NCBI GenBank assembly: GCA_032718475.1
Contig: JAUCBJ010005092.1
Coordinates: 1 to 64,000 of the forward strand
Origin: Nemertoderma westbladi
Taxonomy: Eukaryota; Animalia; Xenacoelomorpha
Length of the DNA stretch: 64,000 bases
Reading direction: 5' to 3'
Shown here: piece after piece, positions 62,201-64,000 of the stretch
Numbering within the stretch: position 1 is the stretch's first letter
Layout: every line of letters begins with the position of its first letter
Program-made: the position numbers and the translations under genes
The notes under the pieces: generated by a model
Told to the model about the DNA's origin: nothing
The model's input: the letters and a program-made list of their open reading frames with translations, nothing else
The model's database searches: none

Positions 62201-64000
62201 ACATCAGCTGAGCAACCCGAGGCCATACACTAATGGTAACAGAAGTCTTCTATATGAGCTGAGCAACCCGAGGCCATACACTAATGGTAGCAGAAGTCTT
62301 CTACATGAGCTGAGCAACCAGAGGCCATACACTAATGGTAGCAGAAGTCTTATACATGAGCTGAGCAACCCGAGGCCATACACTAATGGTAACAGAAGTC
62401 TTCTACATCAGCTGAGCAACCCGAGGCCATACACTAATGGTAACAGAAGTCTTCTATATGAGCTGAGCAACCCGAGGCCATACACTAATGGTAGCAGAAG
62501 TCTTCTACATGAGCTGAGCAACCAGAGGCCATACACTAATGGTAGCAGAAGTCTTATACATGAGCTGAGCAACCAGAGGCCATACACTAATGGTAGCAGA
62601 AGTCTTCTACATGAGCTGAGCAACCAGAGGCCATACACTAATGGTAACAGAAGTCTTCTATATGAGCTGAGCAACCAGAGGCCATACACTAATGGTAGCA
62701 GAAGTCTTCTACATGAGCTGAGCAACCAGAGGCCATACACTAATGGTAGCAGAAGTCTTCTACATGAGCTGAGCAACCAGAGGCCATACACTAATGGTAG
62801 CAGAAGTCTTCTACATGAGCTGAGCAACCAGAGACCATACACTAATGGTAGCAGAAGTCTTCTACATGAGCTGAGCAACCCGAGGCCATACACTAATGGT
62901 AGCAGAAGTCTTCTATATGAGCTGAGCAACCAGAGGCCATACACTAATGGTAACAGAAGTCTTCTACATGAGCTGAGCAACCAGTGGCCATACACTAATG
63001 GTAGCAGAAGTCTTCTACATGAGCTGAGCAACCCGAGGCCATACACTAATGGTAGCAGAAGTCTTCTATATGAGCTGAGCAACCAGAGGCCATACACTAA
63101 TGGTAGCAGAAGTCTTCTACATGAGCTGAGCAACCAGAGACCATACACTAATGGTAGCAGAAGTCTTCTACATGAGCTGAGCAACCAGAGACCATACACT
63201 AATGGTAGCAGAAGTCTTCTATATGAGCTGAGCAACCAGAGGCCATACACTAATGGTAGCAGAAGTCTTCTACATGAGCTGAGCAACCAGAGGCCATACA
63301 CTAATGGTAGCAGAAGTCTTCTACATGAGCTGAGCAACCAGAGACCATACACTAATGGTAGCAGAAGTCTTCTACATGAGCTGAGCAACCAGAGGCCATA
63401 CACTAATGGTAGCAGAAGTCTTCTACATGAGCTGAGCAACCAGAGGCCATACACTAATGGTAGCAGAAGTCTTCTACATGAGCTGAGCAACCAGAGGCCA
63501 TACACTAATGGTAGCAGTAGTCTTCTACATGAGTTGAGCAACCAGAGGCCATACACTAATGGTAGCAGAAGTCTTCTACATGAGCTGAGCAACCAGAGGC
63601 CATACACTAATGGTAGCAGAAGTCTTCTACATGAGCTGAGCAACCAGAGGCCATACACTAATGGTAGCGGAAGTCTTCTACATGAGCTGTGCAACCAGAG
63701 GCCATACACTAATGGTAGCAGAAATCTTCTACATGAGCTGAGCAACCAGAGGCCATACACTAATGGTAACAGAAGTCTTCTATATGAGCTGAGCAACCAG
63801 AGGCCATACACTAATGGTAGCAGAAGTCTTCTACATGAGCTGAGCAACCAGAGGCCATACACTAATGGTAGCAGAAGTCTTCTACATTAGCTGAGCAACC
63901 AGAGGCCATACACTAATGGTAACAGAAGTCTTCTATATGAGCTGAGCAACCCGAGGCCATACACTAATGGTAACAGAAGTCTTCTACATGAGCTGAGCAA
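35259..64000. repeat. Minisatellite D, 51-bp unit GGTAGCAGAAGTCTTCTACATGAGCTGAGCAACCAGAGGCCATACACTAAT, about 563 copies, continuing beyond the window
   Basis: Unit starts at 35307 and 63969 are exactly 562x51 apart. Only the first unit has a 3-bp deletion. Substitution variants (cag/ccg, agc/aac, cat/tat, gag/aag/tag/cag) occur in blocks. Confidence 0.98.

Noticed and set aside
35321-63890. Giant ORFs (up to 2728 aa) on both strands of array D
   Set aside because: A 51-bp unit is 17 codons, so a stop-free frame is common by chance. Both strands are open, variants are mostly non-synonymous in the + frame, and stop variants (e.g. CATTAG) recur and are copied along the array.
157-64000. Hammerhead ribozymes in satellite units (as in newt or schistosome satellites)
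   Set aside because: I found no CTGANGA...GAAA core with flanking helices in the consensus units on either strand, by eye.

Overview
Eukaryotic (animal, possibly echinoderm given recurrent GTAGGCCTA motifs; low confidence) genomic window, about 84% tandem repeat. It holds four minisatellite arrays: A (53 bp, 157-3369), B (35 bp, 3373-16777), C (53/55 bp, 17322-27415) and D (51 bp, 35259 to window end). A spliced minus-strand gene that the ORF track largely misses is hidden among them. It has 8 phase-compatible GT-AG exons (ATG at 30615, last exon running off the window at position 1) and encodes a CCDC169/DUF4600-like coiled-coil protein. Its last two introns are inflated to about 10 and 17 kb by arrays A, B and C. 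The array C unit is the 3' end of predicted exon 6 plus its 5' splice site, repeated about 188 times. Two young, 5'-truncated copies of one RTE-clade LINE with (TAG)n tails have unusually long target-site duplications (45 bp, and about 105 bp inside array B). Small MITE-like, HINE-like and CR1-like remnants lie in the unique region. All long repetitive ORFs are judged non-coding artefacts of the repeats.
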